Positions 51,728 to 64,000 of a DNA stretch of 64,000 nucleotides are shown here, one piece after another. The stretch is from Octopus sinensis. Lineage: Eukaryota. The stretch lies in the NCBI RefSeq assembly GCF_006345805.1, contig NC_043002.1:88040001-88104000 (forward strand). Direction: 5' to 3'. The position numbers were made by a program, and so were the translations under genes. Position 1 is the stretch's first letter. The number at the start of each line of letters is the position of its first letter. The notes beneath the pieces are model-generated. The model was not told the DNA's origin, did not search any database, and saw only the letters and a list, made by a program, of their open reading frames with translations.

Positions 51728-54700
51728 TCACTCCTCTTCAATACAGATATCTAAGCAAGTTAATAATACAGCTTCACGCAGTCACCTGACATGCTATAAA
51801 TAGAACTAAATCTCCAAATCACATTCTACTGCTTTAGACAAAAAAAAAAAACCAAAGACAAAGTAGCACCTACCAATCCCACTCTCTCCCATCAAACCAG
51901 CAACCCCAAAGAACAAATGCAACCAAGCTGCACACTCAACAATGTACAATTTCCACAAGGTGTGGTTGAACATGTCATTGGGACTGTGATGTACAATCCA
52001 ATACTCCCTCCACCCCCATCTTCTGCTGCTTAATTCACACACACACACACACACCTTTTTTTTTTCTTTGGTGAGGTAGTTATAGGAAGGTTATTTTCGA
52101 TTTGGACATGAAATTTGAATTCAGGCATACTATTTTCATGGAGTTTACAAAGTATTTCCTCATCACATCTTGAAATAGTTATTGTACTATTTTAAGCATA
52201 ACACACACACACACACAGCATTTTGTTAAAGAATTGAAAATAAAACTAAAAAACCATTTACACAAAGAAGAAAAAGTATTAAGAACTATATACAACATTT
52301 CATAACACAATATACAGGATGTAGTAAAGAAGACTAAGCATCATATAGCATAGTTAGAGCAATCACAAGTACCATATTTGAAACAGTTCAATATGAACAA
52401 TATATTAAGTCCATCTTAGACTATACCAGTTCTGTCTAGAGCACCAATCCTGCACAAGAAATCACAATAACCTACAAGGGGCACCAAAACATTGCCACAT
52501 GTTATACACACACCACCAACCCAATGAAACTAAAGTACTAAAAAATCAAAAAACCATTTGGACATGGGTAGGGCGCTAATTTCTTGCTACAGTAAGCTTC
52601 AAACCTCAGACTTTGATCATTACATGAATAGCCACCTTTAACTATCCAGAAAAATATACAGTATCCTAGGACACTACCACAACAGCATCCTAAAGCAGTA
52701 TTTCTACCACTCAGCTCAGAGAGATGAAAATAATACATCCACACTATACCCTTAACATATTCAGCTTATGACTGCAAGATTGTGAGTTCAAGTCCTGGCA
52801 ATGTGATCTGTTGTGCAAATACCTATAACTTGTTGTATATGAGTGTAGGCATGGTGAAGAAGTTTGTTTTGCAAAGTATGTGTACTCTGGTTCAAACCCA
52901 CTGCTTGTGCAAGTGCCTTCTACCATAGACTTGAGGTGACTAAATCCTTGCAAGGATCTATTCTTGAGCTAGGCACTTTATTTCACATTGCTCCAGGCCA
53001 GTCAGCTGGCAAAAATAAGCAGCATCTGTTTTTCAAAGGGCCAGCCTTGTCACACTCTGTGTCGCACTAAATCTCCCTGAGATTTAAGGATACACGTGTT
53101 TTTGCAGTGCTCAGCCACATGCACATTAATTTCACAAGTAGGCTGTTCCAGTGATTGGATCAACCGAAACCCTCATCATAATAACCAATGGAGTGCCAGT
53201 CACATCTTTAACAAGAGCACATATTGAATAATGCAGTTCATATACATAATGCCTGATAAAGAAAACAAGAAGGTTATGGCTGGAATTTATTTGATTATAT
53301 GTCTACTCAATTATGGACATCAATGTCACAGTGCACAGTATGGTCTTCAAATGGAAACATTTTATAACTGGGAAAACAGATTCTATGGACCACACAAAGT
53401 CATACAGGTGACTGTTCGTGTATCACAGGACATCTCAGTCCTAACCTAAAGCTCATCATCATTTAACGTCCGCTTTCCATACTAGCATGGGTTGGACGGT
53501 TTTGACTGAGGGTTGGCAGCCAGATGGCTGCACCAGGCTCCAGTCTTGATCTGGCAGAGTTTCTACAGCTGGATGCCCTTCCTAATGCCAACCACTCGGA
53601 GAGTGTAGTGGGTGCTTTTTATGTGCCACCTGCACGGGGGCCAGTCAGGCGGTACTGGCAATGACCTTGCCCGAATCTTTTTACACGTGCCAGTGAAGCA
53701 ACGTCTGTCAACGATCACACTCGTATGGTGCTCTTTGCACCCCGCTAGCATGGATGCCAGTCATCAAAATGATTTTGATTTTGATAAACAACAAATAGAA
53801 TTGTCAATATTAAACAATATAGTCTTCCAATACACACAAAGGCAGGATGGTCACAGCTGGAACATTTCTGATCATAGATCTATTTGACTAAAGTTGAAAC
53901 AATTGACACTCTAACCTTCTTCTTTATTAATATCATCTTTTTTTTCAATTTTGTCCACTCTCAGTTCTCAGTATCCTTGATGATGGTGACGAATTTTATG
54001 GCCAGGTCAACAAAATATGAGCAGTCCAAGAGCCATGAACATTTTGACATAATGTATCTCAACATTATCCAATGGCGGTCAAGATATATTGTCAAATATT
54101 TTAACACAATAAAATGGGAGTAATTTGATTTCTATTTCTAGCATGTTGGCTAATTGCAGTTGCTTTCAATATTTTTTATGGATGAGGTAGAAAAGCATAA
54201 GCATACATGACTTATTTAGGTAGAAGGAGGCGGGGCTTCAAGACTGCTGGATTAAGTTCTCCTTAGGCCACATAATAGTGGACTGCGATGAAGGTAACCA
54301 AGAACATGGTAGTAGTGTTAAACATGGAAATGGTTTAAATCTAACATTCAAGAAAAGGGACTGGAACTCCACCAGAAGCACACACAGTTTCCTCCAACCA
54401 AGTTTCACTTACAAGGATCTAGTCACCTCAAGTCTATGGTAGAAGACACTTGCACAAGCAGTGGGTTTGAACCAGAATACACATACTTTGCAAAACAAAC
54501 TTCTTCACCATGCCTACACTCATATACCACAAGTTACAGGTATTTGCACAACTGTAATATGTATTTATTGTTAATTATTGTCTTTTAGGACAAGGTGGTG
54601 AGCTGGCAGAATCATTAGGATGCCAGGCAAAATGCTTAGTGCCATTTCATTCATCTATGTGGTATGTACAAATTCCACTGAGGTTGACTTCACCTTTCAG

Positions 54701-57164
54701 AATTGATAAATTAAATACCAGTTGGACACTAGGGTCAATGTAATGAACTTATCCCCTCCCCTAAAATGGCTGGCCTTGTGCCAAAATTTGAAACCATCAT
54801 CATTTAGGATGTAACACTACAGCTAAGTAGCTCTCTCAGCCATTGGTAATTATACAAAACAAGTAGGCTTTGTGGACTGAGAAATGTTAACAGCATCTAC
54901 TATTGAATTGGTGCTCAGTCTGACCTTAGCAAAACGATGTTATTCCAGCATCATAATTAGTTTGATGTAGATAAGAGCTGAACATCTGTTCACCTCCCAA
55001 CTATCAAAACCTCCCGTCTTTCTATTTCAGATCATCAAGACTCATGAGGTTGATTTTATCTGCCTCTCTACAAGTTTCGCAATACTGACAATCTCAAATT
55101 CTTTCAACTAATATACTTAATTAACAAAATGCTTTCTTTAATAAAATCAATTAGATGCAGCCAGACCACTACTATCATCAATTTTTCTTTTCTTATTTCT
55201 ATGATGGCAGCTAGAACATTTTTCTGAGGTGGATGCTGGCCAAAATCCTTCATAGCTTTATTATACAAGAATTAGCTTTCAGTGTCAATATGATTAGTCT
55301 AAAACATCTGTTTAGATTTCAGATACTTTTCAGCAGAAATAATTTCAATCAGTGTGGGGAATAAATACTTTGAAGTAAGATTAACCATATGCAAGAAGGA
55401 ATTAGTCTCTCAACTAAAATAAAACACGATTTTGGTCCATAATACATAGAAAACCATGGAATCTGGTCACTTTCGATTAAACAGGTCCATGATCAAAAGT
55501 GTTCCAGCTAAGACCAACCTGACATTTTAGAAGTATCCAGGAATACGTTATCCAATGCGTCCTGTATTTCAAGATAGTAGAGTGTTTTTTCAAGGCGATT
55601 TGGTAGTTATTTCTAGCAAGTCGCGCGATCTCAGGAGTACTAACGGTCTACAATCCTAATAAAAAGGCATCTACAAGGATGTCATTACATCTCAATTCAA
55701 TAGACCCCTACAATGTTTTGTTAGCATTAAACAGTCCACCCATTTACAAAGGTGTACCTTCTTCAAGTTATATCATAAATATACGAAATGAAATCTAGAG
55801 GGATTTGAACACAAACCAATACTTAAAAGTCCTCTGTGTATTAGGCAATTTCATTAACAGAAAATAAACATTGTCACATGTGTGTGTGTATACTGCTATA
55901 TTGATAAACACTGTCAGCAGGTGCGAATTACCGAGCACAAGGGTAAGTGTAGACAGTTAAGGGGCAATATTGGTGAAATATATCCAAATAGCAAATGTAA
56001 CACTCTCTAAAAATAATAAAGGTAGCTAGATGTAAGTTGGTCCCTAAATAAACGTCTCTGACTCAGCAACGCCCTAGAAAGTCCTGCAATTTAAACCACT
56101 TAGATAAACATCAGTTTTACGATTAATAAGATAAATATATCGAAAATATGTGAGCAGATCAATAATTAATTAAATGATGTAATGTATTTGCTAATTAATA
56201 CATGATGATATATTTAACTCGTTGATAAAAATAGGAAATTACATCACGGAAATATTTGAAGGTAAAATAAATTAATTAGCAATAAAAATTACACAAGAAA
56301 CGATATGTGTGTGTTAATTATGTGTACAAATCGATATGTATATATAATCAATATGTGAATATATATATGTATGTATGTATGTATGTATAGTACACACAAA
56401 CAATGGTGTCTAAAGTAGGCAGGTGATAATTTCAAATCACAAAAAAAAAGAAATTAATATATTAAAATCCAAATTTTTAAAAAGCGAGGCATTCTTATAA
56501 AAGCAACGATCCCAACAAAAATTGATTGTGGAGCATTACTAGTGTAAAAAAAAAAATCAAGACCAGAAAACTATCGTTTGGGCTAAAAGAACAATAAAAG
56601 ATGAGAAATAACAAAAGATAAAACGATTACTAGGCGGATAAGTTCTCATTCTAGAGTTTATTATCAAAGGTAAGAAACGTCCCAAGTAGGCTTAATTAAT
56701 TATAAAAACATAGTTAAAACAGCTACTCCTAATCTTAGTTTTGTTTGTATCAAGGATTTTAAAAGGCTGAAAGTAATGTTATATTTACTACATGTTGTTG
56801 TTATGGGATCGTAGTTCACATTTTATTCTCACACACACAATCACACTCGTACAATTCCTCCTGGTTTATTCCATCATTCTTAAAGATGTATTGATTCCGT
56901 GTTTTTAAAACAAACAGGAAAAGTTCTACGTGTTTCTATATTATTTAAATATTAAATATATAAAAAGAGAGAGCAAATAATGAGAATGTTTTTCTTGATT
57001 TCAGGCAACTAAGATACATATATTATATACATGGATGCGAGGGAGAGGACAGATGCTGGTTTGAAAGTATTCTCTCGGTATGGTAACGATGCTTCCAAAA
57101 TCCTCCTTTTACGTAAAAGGAACTAAATAGTCAACAAATAACAAATAAATATAAACGGTGCAAA

Positions 57165-57600
57165 AACAAAATACCTACAGAATTGACGAAGTTAAAAGTG
57201 AGAAATCCTATAATGTTCTTCCTGCCAACATTTCGGCCATCGGAATGTAGCCAGAAGTGTTCTGTTCGAGAACAACAAATTGCCAATTTCAGGTGACGTA
57301 ATAGAATTATTTCTTTTAATTTTACTAATAGTAGTATTAATATTATTGTTATTAGTATTGGTTGCGTTAACCTCGTTCTGTTTCTGTGTGATGAAAGAGG
57401 GGTAAGAGTGTAGTCTCCCCCCTCTGACTTCCTCTTTGGTAGTTTTGTTTGTACCGACTTTGTAACTACCCCCAGCCTCTTATCCACTGCATGGAACAAC
57501 ACACTTCCCGCAGCACCATACCGTTATCAATGGAGGGAGAGAAAAAGATGTGGCCCGGTGCTGCTTTCTAATTGGTCGAACAGACCACGTGGATATTCAT
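57165..57600 (-). promoter_or_regulatory. Candidate SGF29 promoter and non-coding first exon
   Basis: CpG-retaining island relative to the gene body; CCAAT (attgg ~57571), palindromic E-box ccacgtgg (~57586), CRE-like tgacgtaa (~57294), YY1-like ATGGC; minus-strand donor-like ctgtag|gtattt at ~57165. No transcript evidence. Confidence 0.4.
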
Positions 57601-57649
57601 GTACACACTCCTATTGTACTATATATATATGTATGTATGTATATATGAT

Positions 57650-57990
57650 GCAGGTAGAGGGGAGAGGAGGAAACAGATGCAGATAGAGGAGGGCGAATGT
57701 AATAGAAGCAAAATAGAAGGGGAGGAATGTAAAAGCAAGACAAATAGACAGAGAGGGGAAAGATAAAGAAAGGCAGATATAGAGCAAGGAGGAATGTAAA
57801 AGAAAGACAAATAGAGAGAGAGGGGCGAAAGATAAAGAAAGGCAGATATAGAGCAAGGAGGAATGTAAACAAAGACAAATAGAGATGGGGAAGGGGAGGT
57901 AAAGAAAGACAAAAGAGGAGAGGAACGTAAAGCAAGATAGAGAAAAAAGAAAAATAAGAGAAACGGAAGGGGATGGAGGGAGGGAAAGTA
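57650..57990. repeat. Polypurine (GA-rich) tract with ~66-bp internal duplication
   Basis: aagataaagaaaggcagatatagagcaaggaggaatgtaaa occurs twice. Confidence 0.85.
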
Positions 57991-58144
57991 AGGGAAGTAA
58001 ATATGTTCCAAGAAATTATTTAAAAGATTTATCTACCTTTATTTAAAGAATTTCTTATGGAGAAAATAGAAATGTGCGTATATATACACATATATACATG
58101 TATATATATATATATGCATATATACATATATACACACACACACT

Positions 58145-58176
<32 letters not shown>

Positions 58177-58202
58177 CACACACACACATATATATATATA
58201 AT

Positions 58203-60324
58203 TATAGAGGTATCAAATTGCTGGATCAGGTGATGAAAGTTACAGAGTCATAACCCAACTAATTAGGGAGAGAGTTAGCTTAGATGAGATGCAGTTTGCT
58301 TTTGTACCAGAGAGAAGCACCACTGATGCTATATTTCTGGTGAGGTAGCTGCAGGAAAAATACATAGCCAAAGATAAACGTCTGTATTTGGCCTTTGTTG
58401 ACTTGGAGAAAGCCTTTGACAGAGTCCCCCCACCAGCCCTTATTTGGTGGTCAATGCAGAAACTAGGGCTAGGCGAGTGGTTGGTGAGAACTGTACAAGC
58501 TATGTACAGGGATGCTACCAGTAAGGTGAGGATTGACAATGAATACAGTGAAGAATTCAGGGTACAATTAGAGGTTCACCAAGGATCAGTGCTCATCCCC
58601 CTCTTGTTCATCATAGTCCTCCAGGCAATAACAGAGGAATTCAAGACAGGCTGCCCCTGGGAGCTCCTCTATGTTGATGACCTTGCTCTTATAACTGAAT
58701 CACTACCTGAACCAGGGAAGAAGTTCCAGGTATGGCAGCAAGGTTTAGAATCAAAGGGCCTTAGAGTAAACCAGGCAAACAAATCACAAATCCCTTCAGG
58801 TAGATAACCCTGCTTAATCTGTAGAAAAGGTGTACATAGAAACTCCATAAGATGCAGTCAGTGTAAGCTTTGGATTCATAAAAGATGCATCTATATCAAG
58901 GGAAGGTTAACAGGGAAACTAGCTTTTGTATGCAGAAGATGCACAGGTACATTAAATGCTTAAAATGGACAGAAAATAGACTCCATCAACTGCTGGGGGG
59001 GGGGGCAAGCTACAGGTAGTAGATAGCTTCAGTTATCTAAGTGACCATGTTAGTAGGGGAGTTGGATACTCTGAGAGCATAACTATGAAAATAAGATTAG
59101 GACGGGCAAAGTTCAAAGAGCTCCTACCCCTGCTGGTAACGAAGGGCCTCTCTCCCAGAATGAAATGCAGATTGTTTGATGCCTGTGTGCAAACAGCTAT
59201 GCTGCATGGCAGTGAAACAAAGGCTGTGACAGCCAAAGACATGCATAGGCTTGAAAGAAATGAAGCCAGTATGCTTCGCTGGATGTGCAATGTCAATGTG
59301 CATGCTCAACAGAGTGTGTAAGCAAGCTGGCAGAAACATTAGCACACCGAGCGAAATGCTTAGTGGTATTTCGTCTGCCGTTACGTTCTGAATTCAAATT
59401 CCGCTGAGGTCGACTTTGCCTTTCATCCTTTCGGGGGTCAATAAATTAAGTACCAGTTATGCACTAGGGTAGATGTAATCAACTTAATCCCTTTGTCTGT
59501 CCTTGTTTGTCTCCACTATGTTTAGCCCCTTGTGGGCAATAAAGAAATAAGAGTGTGTAAGCATCTTGAGAGAAAAGCTAGGCATCAGATGTAGTGTGCA
59601 AGAGAGACGACTGCACTGGCATGGTCATGTGATACCTATGGACGAGGACAGCTGTGTAATGAAGTGTCAATCTCTAACTGTGGAGGGAACCTGTGGTAGA
59701 GGTAGACTCAGGAAGCCATGGATCGAGATGGTGAAGCATGATCTTCAAACTTTGAGCCTCACAGGGCAATGACTAGTGACCAAGACCATTGACAATGTGT
59801 TGTGCTTGAGAGGACCCATCAAACCAAGTGCACCCATGCTGGGAGGCAGTGAGCCTCATGGAGGCAAAGTGGCTGAGTTCGAGTGTCGGGCCTCACAGAG
59901 GCAAAGTAGCTGAATTCCTTTTGAGCGTTGGGCCTCAGAGAGGCAAAGTGACTCAGTTCCTTTTGAGTGTTGGGCCTCGCAGAGGCAATGACTGAGACCT
60001 TTGGCATTATGTTGTGCTTGAGAAGAAGACCCATCAAGCCAAGCAAAATCACAGTCATGGCAGATACCAATGTTACACAAATTGGCACCTGTGCCAGTGG
60101 CACATAAAAGCACCCTTGTGTCATGCAAATGACACCCATGCCAGTGGCACATAGAAGCACCCATTACACTCTTAGAGTGGTTGGCATTAGAAAGGGCATC
60201 CAGCCATAAAAAACCATGCCAAATTAAACTGGAGTCTAGTGCAGCCTTCCAGTGTGTCAGCCCGGTCAAACTGTGCAACCTATGTCACCATGGACAACAG
60301 ACATTAAATGATGATGATGATGAT
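58203..60324 (+). mobile_element. 5'-truncated RTE LINE: decayed RT domain, Cys-rich insert, 3' UTR repeats and (GAT)n tail
   Basis: YRGIKLLDQVMK..., FVDLEKAFDRVP, HQGSVLIPLLF, LLYVDDLAL, PCLICRKGV..CSQCKLWIHKRC, GRGRLRKPW; stops and frameshifts. Confidence 0.95.
59325..59549 (+). mobile_element. SINE family A inserted into the RTE ORF with 14-bp TSD agagtgtgtaagca
   Basis: TSD at 59311-59324 and 59550-59563. Confidence 0.93.
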
Positions 60325-60618
60325 ATATACATATATATGTATTTTGATTCCAAGAAAGTTAGAAGTTGTGAATCCAACCAACTAAGGGATAATATCTATC
60401 CAATATACTGCTGGTAGAATACTCAATTATTAATACACAAGTGTTATAGTTCGTATTTGTATTTGGTTTGCAAGATTCTTGATGTGAATTCGTAAGTTGA
60501 AAGAAATACTATTGAACCTTGAGAGGGGCATTATGCTGGTAATAACAAAACACACACACTGGTTTGGTCCTTTATTGTTCTTGTTAGTTAATGGGTTAGT
60601 TACTCTGTTAGCCAATTT

Positions 60619-61034
60619 GGATCTTTTCGGTTTGAACGGCAGTTTTTAACATAATTTCTAGGTAACTAAAAAATTTTAAACTTCGTATACTGGTAGAATG
60701 TGTTTATAAAACATCTTTTTCTCTTGGCTTTATTGAGAAAATTCTATAGTTTATAAGATATTTGTTGTTTTTTTTCTTCAATTTCTGCAATTTCAACCAA
60801 TCACTGACATCTATTGAGTTAAAAAGCATTCTGTGCCATATGAATATGTCCCTCGCTTAAGAAACAGATTGGGTTTATTTACATTTGTGAAGAAAAAAAG
60901 ATACCCTTCCCCCACCCCTAACCCTAACCCTAAAACAGATTGAAATGCAATAGATCGATGCCAGGGTCATAATTATGGGTGACAATTTCATATGACACCG
61001 CTAGAAAAAACTGCCGTTCAAACCGAAAAGATCC
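60619..61034. mobile_element. GGATC-TIR MITE (reverse orientation) with 8-bp TSD gccaattt; half copy at ~61222-61482
   Basis: TSD at 60611-60618 and 61035-61042. Confidence 0.95.
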
Positions 61035-61879
61035 GCCAATTTATTGATTAGCCATTTTTCACTAGTTTTTCAAACTCATATGTTAAACACTTTGGTCAAA
61101 CGGTTAATCGTTCAAATGTTCAGTATTGCTAGTGTTGTCATTTCTTTTTTTGCCAAATAAGTATTTCATCACATTGTTGCAATCTCTTTAGTGACACGTC
61201 TCTCTACTTCCGGACATGTAAATTTCACAAATGTAAATAAACCCAATCTGTTTCTTAAACGAGGGACATATTCATTTACAGCAATGGACATCAGTGATTT
61301 GTTGAAAATGCAGAAATTGACGAAAAAAACCCAACAAATATCTTATAAACTATGGAATTTTCTCAATAAAGCCAAGAGAAAAAGATGTTTTATAAACACA
61401 TTCTACCAGTATATACGAAGTTTAAAATTTTTTAGTTACCTAGAAATTATGTTAAAAACTGCTATTCAAACCGAAAAGATCCCATGTTTCTGTCAAAATA
61501 GGCATCATCAGCACCACAGAACCATGTGTCCACTGCTGTCTTTTTTCTTACCCCTAGACAATCAGATTGTCTTCTTCATGGTATGTCAATTTCAGACAAT
61601 TTTTGATTCTTGAGAGTCTCTCTCTTCATTTGTTATCAATCACACTTTCCACAAGTCATTGGCTGCAGATAAAAAGGATTGTGGGACAAAGGTATTCTAG
61701 ATTATCACAGTTCTGGAGTGAAAGAGCCATGTGAAAGGTTAACTGCTGAGTCTGAGAGAAGAGAACAGTAAAGATAACAAGAAAAGGAGAGAACTTACAA
61801 CTAGTTAGTTCCAAAGAATAGAGGGGTTTTTTTTTGCTGTGATAGAATATGCAGAGAGAGGAAAATGGTTAAAGCTTAT

Positions 61880-62293
61880 TGGCGTGCTGGCAGAAACGTT
61901 AGTACACCGGGCGAAATGCTAAGAGGTATTTCGTCTGCTGATATGTTCTGAGTTCAAATTCCGCCAAGGTCGACTTTGCCTTTCATCCTTTCGGGGGTCG
62001 ATTAAATAAGTACCAGTTACGCATTGGGGTCGATATAACCAACTTAGTCCGTTTGTCTGTCCTTGTTTGTCCTCTCTGTATTTAGCCCCTTGTGGGTAGT
62101 AAAGAAATAGGTATTTCGTCTGCCGCTACGTTCTGAGTTCAAATTCCGCCGAGGTCGACTTTGCCTTTCATCCTTTTGGGGTCAATTAAATAAGTACCAG
62201 TTACGCAATGGGGTCGATATAATCGACTTAATCCGTTTATCTGTCCTTATTTGTCCTCTCTGTGTTTAGCCCCTTGTGGGTAGTAAAGAAATA
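61880..62293 (+). mobile_element. SINE family A head-to-tail dimer (second unit lacks the A-box segment)
   Basis: ...aaagaaata|ggtatttcgtctg... junction at ~62110. Confidence 0.9.
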
Positions 62294-62446
62294 GGTGTGT
62301 GGTTCATTGCCAAATAGTGGGATAGCCTTTTCAGAAGACGCAGCTAATGATTGTCTGAGTAGCAACAGTAACAATACTGTTCCACATTTGTTAGCAATAT
62401 TCTCATGTAAGTCTTAGAGGTTTAGCAATTGATTAAAAGGTAAAGA

Positions 62447-62625
62447 GAAAGAGGAAGAGGCCGACCAAGAACCCGCTCGCTTGACACCATCAAGAGTGAT
62501 ACCGGAATGGACATAGCCAATCTGAAAGAAGCGGCCCAGGATAGAACTGACTGGAGGACACTGATCCAATGAGTGACCGAGAGTCGACTTCGACTGAGCG
62601 GTTAAAAAGAAGAAGAAGAAGAAAG
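62447..62625 (+). mobile_element. Very short 3' fragment of a second RTE family with (GAA)n tail
   Basis: Reads RGRGRPRTRSLDTIKSDTGMDIANLKEAAQDRTDWRTLIQ*VTESRLRLSG*; TSD ggtaaaga at 62439-62446 and 62626-62633. Confidence 0.85.
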
Positions 62626-62644
62626 GGTAAAGACTGCACTTCAG

Positions 62645-62961
62645 TCATGAATGACCATGATATTACACCTAGAAAGTTACCCTCCAAGGCACAAGTCTGG
62701 GCAGGGTTGTTTATGGAAGACCAGCAGTCGCCCAAGCATACTACCCTCCCCTCTCCACGCCACTGATGTTATCCAAAGAAAAGGCAAAGGCCAATACAGC
62801 TTGGTACCAGTCACAACTCATTTCTACAGCTGAGTGAACTGGAGCAATGTGAAATAAAGTGTCTTGATCAAGAACACAACACACAGCCCAGTCTGAGAAT
62901 TGAACTCATTACTTCATGATTGTGAGCCCGAAGCTCTAACCGCTGACCCATGCACCTTCAT
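62645..62961 (-). mobile_element. tRNA-derived SINE (same family as 25932-26274)
   Basis: Shared body aaagttaccctcc...ctacagctgagtgaactggagcaa...gaactc. Confidence 0.85.
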
Positions 62962-64000
62962 GCAATTGAACAGGATGAATGTATTTTCTGGGCCTTTCAG
63001 TGCAGTTTTGTTAATGTTTTGTATCTGAAGTCTCTATGAAAGATCATTGATGGTTATAAGGCACTTATAGTAACTTTGAGACTAGTGAGATGGGGGGGAG
63101 GGGAATGACAAGTCTGTTTCTTAACCTGTATATTAATTGATATGTCATCTTGAAATGCAATTAAATTTCAATGGGTTGACTGCATACATTTCACTTTTCC
63201 AATTGTAATGTGTATATTTGTCCCATGTCAGTGACACATAAAAAGCACCATTCAAACGTGGTCATTGACAATACTGCCTGACTGGCCCCAGTGATACTGG
63301 CACATAAAAAGCACCCACTACACTCTCAGAGTGGTTGGTGTTAGGAAGGGCATCCAGCTGTAGAAACCTTGCCAGATCAGATGAGGCCTGGTGCAGCCTC
63401 CTGGCTTGCTAGTCTTCAGTCAAACTGTCCAACCCATGCCATGGAAAGCGGACGTTAAAAGATGATGATGATGATGATGTTAATATGAATACAATGAGAA
63501 GAAAAGGGGGAGAGAAAGAGATGCTTTCGAAAACAGTGACTGAATCTTGAATTATATAATTAAATTCCAATAGGCTGACCACATTGATACAATATAATTG
63601 AAAAGAAACCTCTCTCTTTGATTTCTCCAAAAAACAAAGTTTTTCATCTTCCAAACAAGACAAAACAACATCTGTTTTTCAATTTATATAAGAGAGGAAG
63701 AAACTTTGTTATATTATCTTAGTTTTATTATCTTGAAGAGTTTGGTTAAATGAATAAGAGTGCTAATAAAGAATTATCCAAAATTCTGACTGCCTCCTTC
63801 TTTTTGATATATACACACACTCACACAAACCCATATACACACATGAACACACACACACACACACGCTCACATACACACATACATATACACACACATGTGC
63901 ACACACACATGCACACACACACACACACACACACACTCACAAACATTCATATATTATATGAAATATAACTAAATAGAATCATAACTGGGAAATTGGTTTC

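Noticed and set aside
57131-57502. 123-aa minus-strand ORF
   Set aside because: Non-ATG start, low-complexity middle, no homology recognised; treated as UTR/promoter sequence.

Overview
AT-rich eukaryotic genomic DNA, very dense in microsatellites, SINEs, LINE fragments and MITEs. The repeat families look like those of an octopus or other coleoid cephalopod (inference from recalled repeat motifs, not a database result). One protein-coding gene is well supported: SGF29 (CCDC101, the tandem-Tudor H3K4me3 reader of SAGA/ATAC), on the minus strand. It has 9 coding exons from 46860 down to 21555; all junctions are GT-AG and phase-compatible, giving 945 nt = 314 aa plus stop. A candidate promoter/non-coding first exon lies near 57.2-57.6 kb. 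Most of the remainder is transposon-derived: RTE and CR1/L2-like LINE pieces, several tRNA-derived SINE families with clear TSDs, piggyBac-type and 8-bp-TSD MITEs, and Tc1/mariner and pogo transposase fossils. The most notable observations are: (1) minimal Penelope-type hammerhead ribozyme motifs, one at the 3' end of a tRNA-headed SINE-like element and one in sense orientation inside an SGF29 intron; (2) a frame-preserving 51-nt extra SGF29 exon; (3) a near-identical 970-bp tandem duplication of SGF29 coding exon 2; (4) an H3-tail-like N-terminus (G-R-T-K) on this H3K4me3 reader; (5) a 550-bp tandem array that folds back into an ~870-bp palindrome; (6) an RTE 3' UTR that repeatedly seeds minisatellites. 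All calls were made by eye, and repeat boundaries are approximate.
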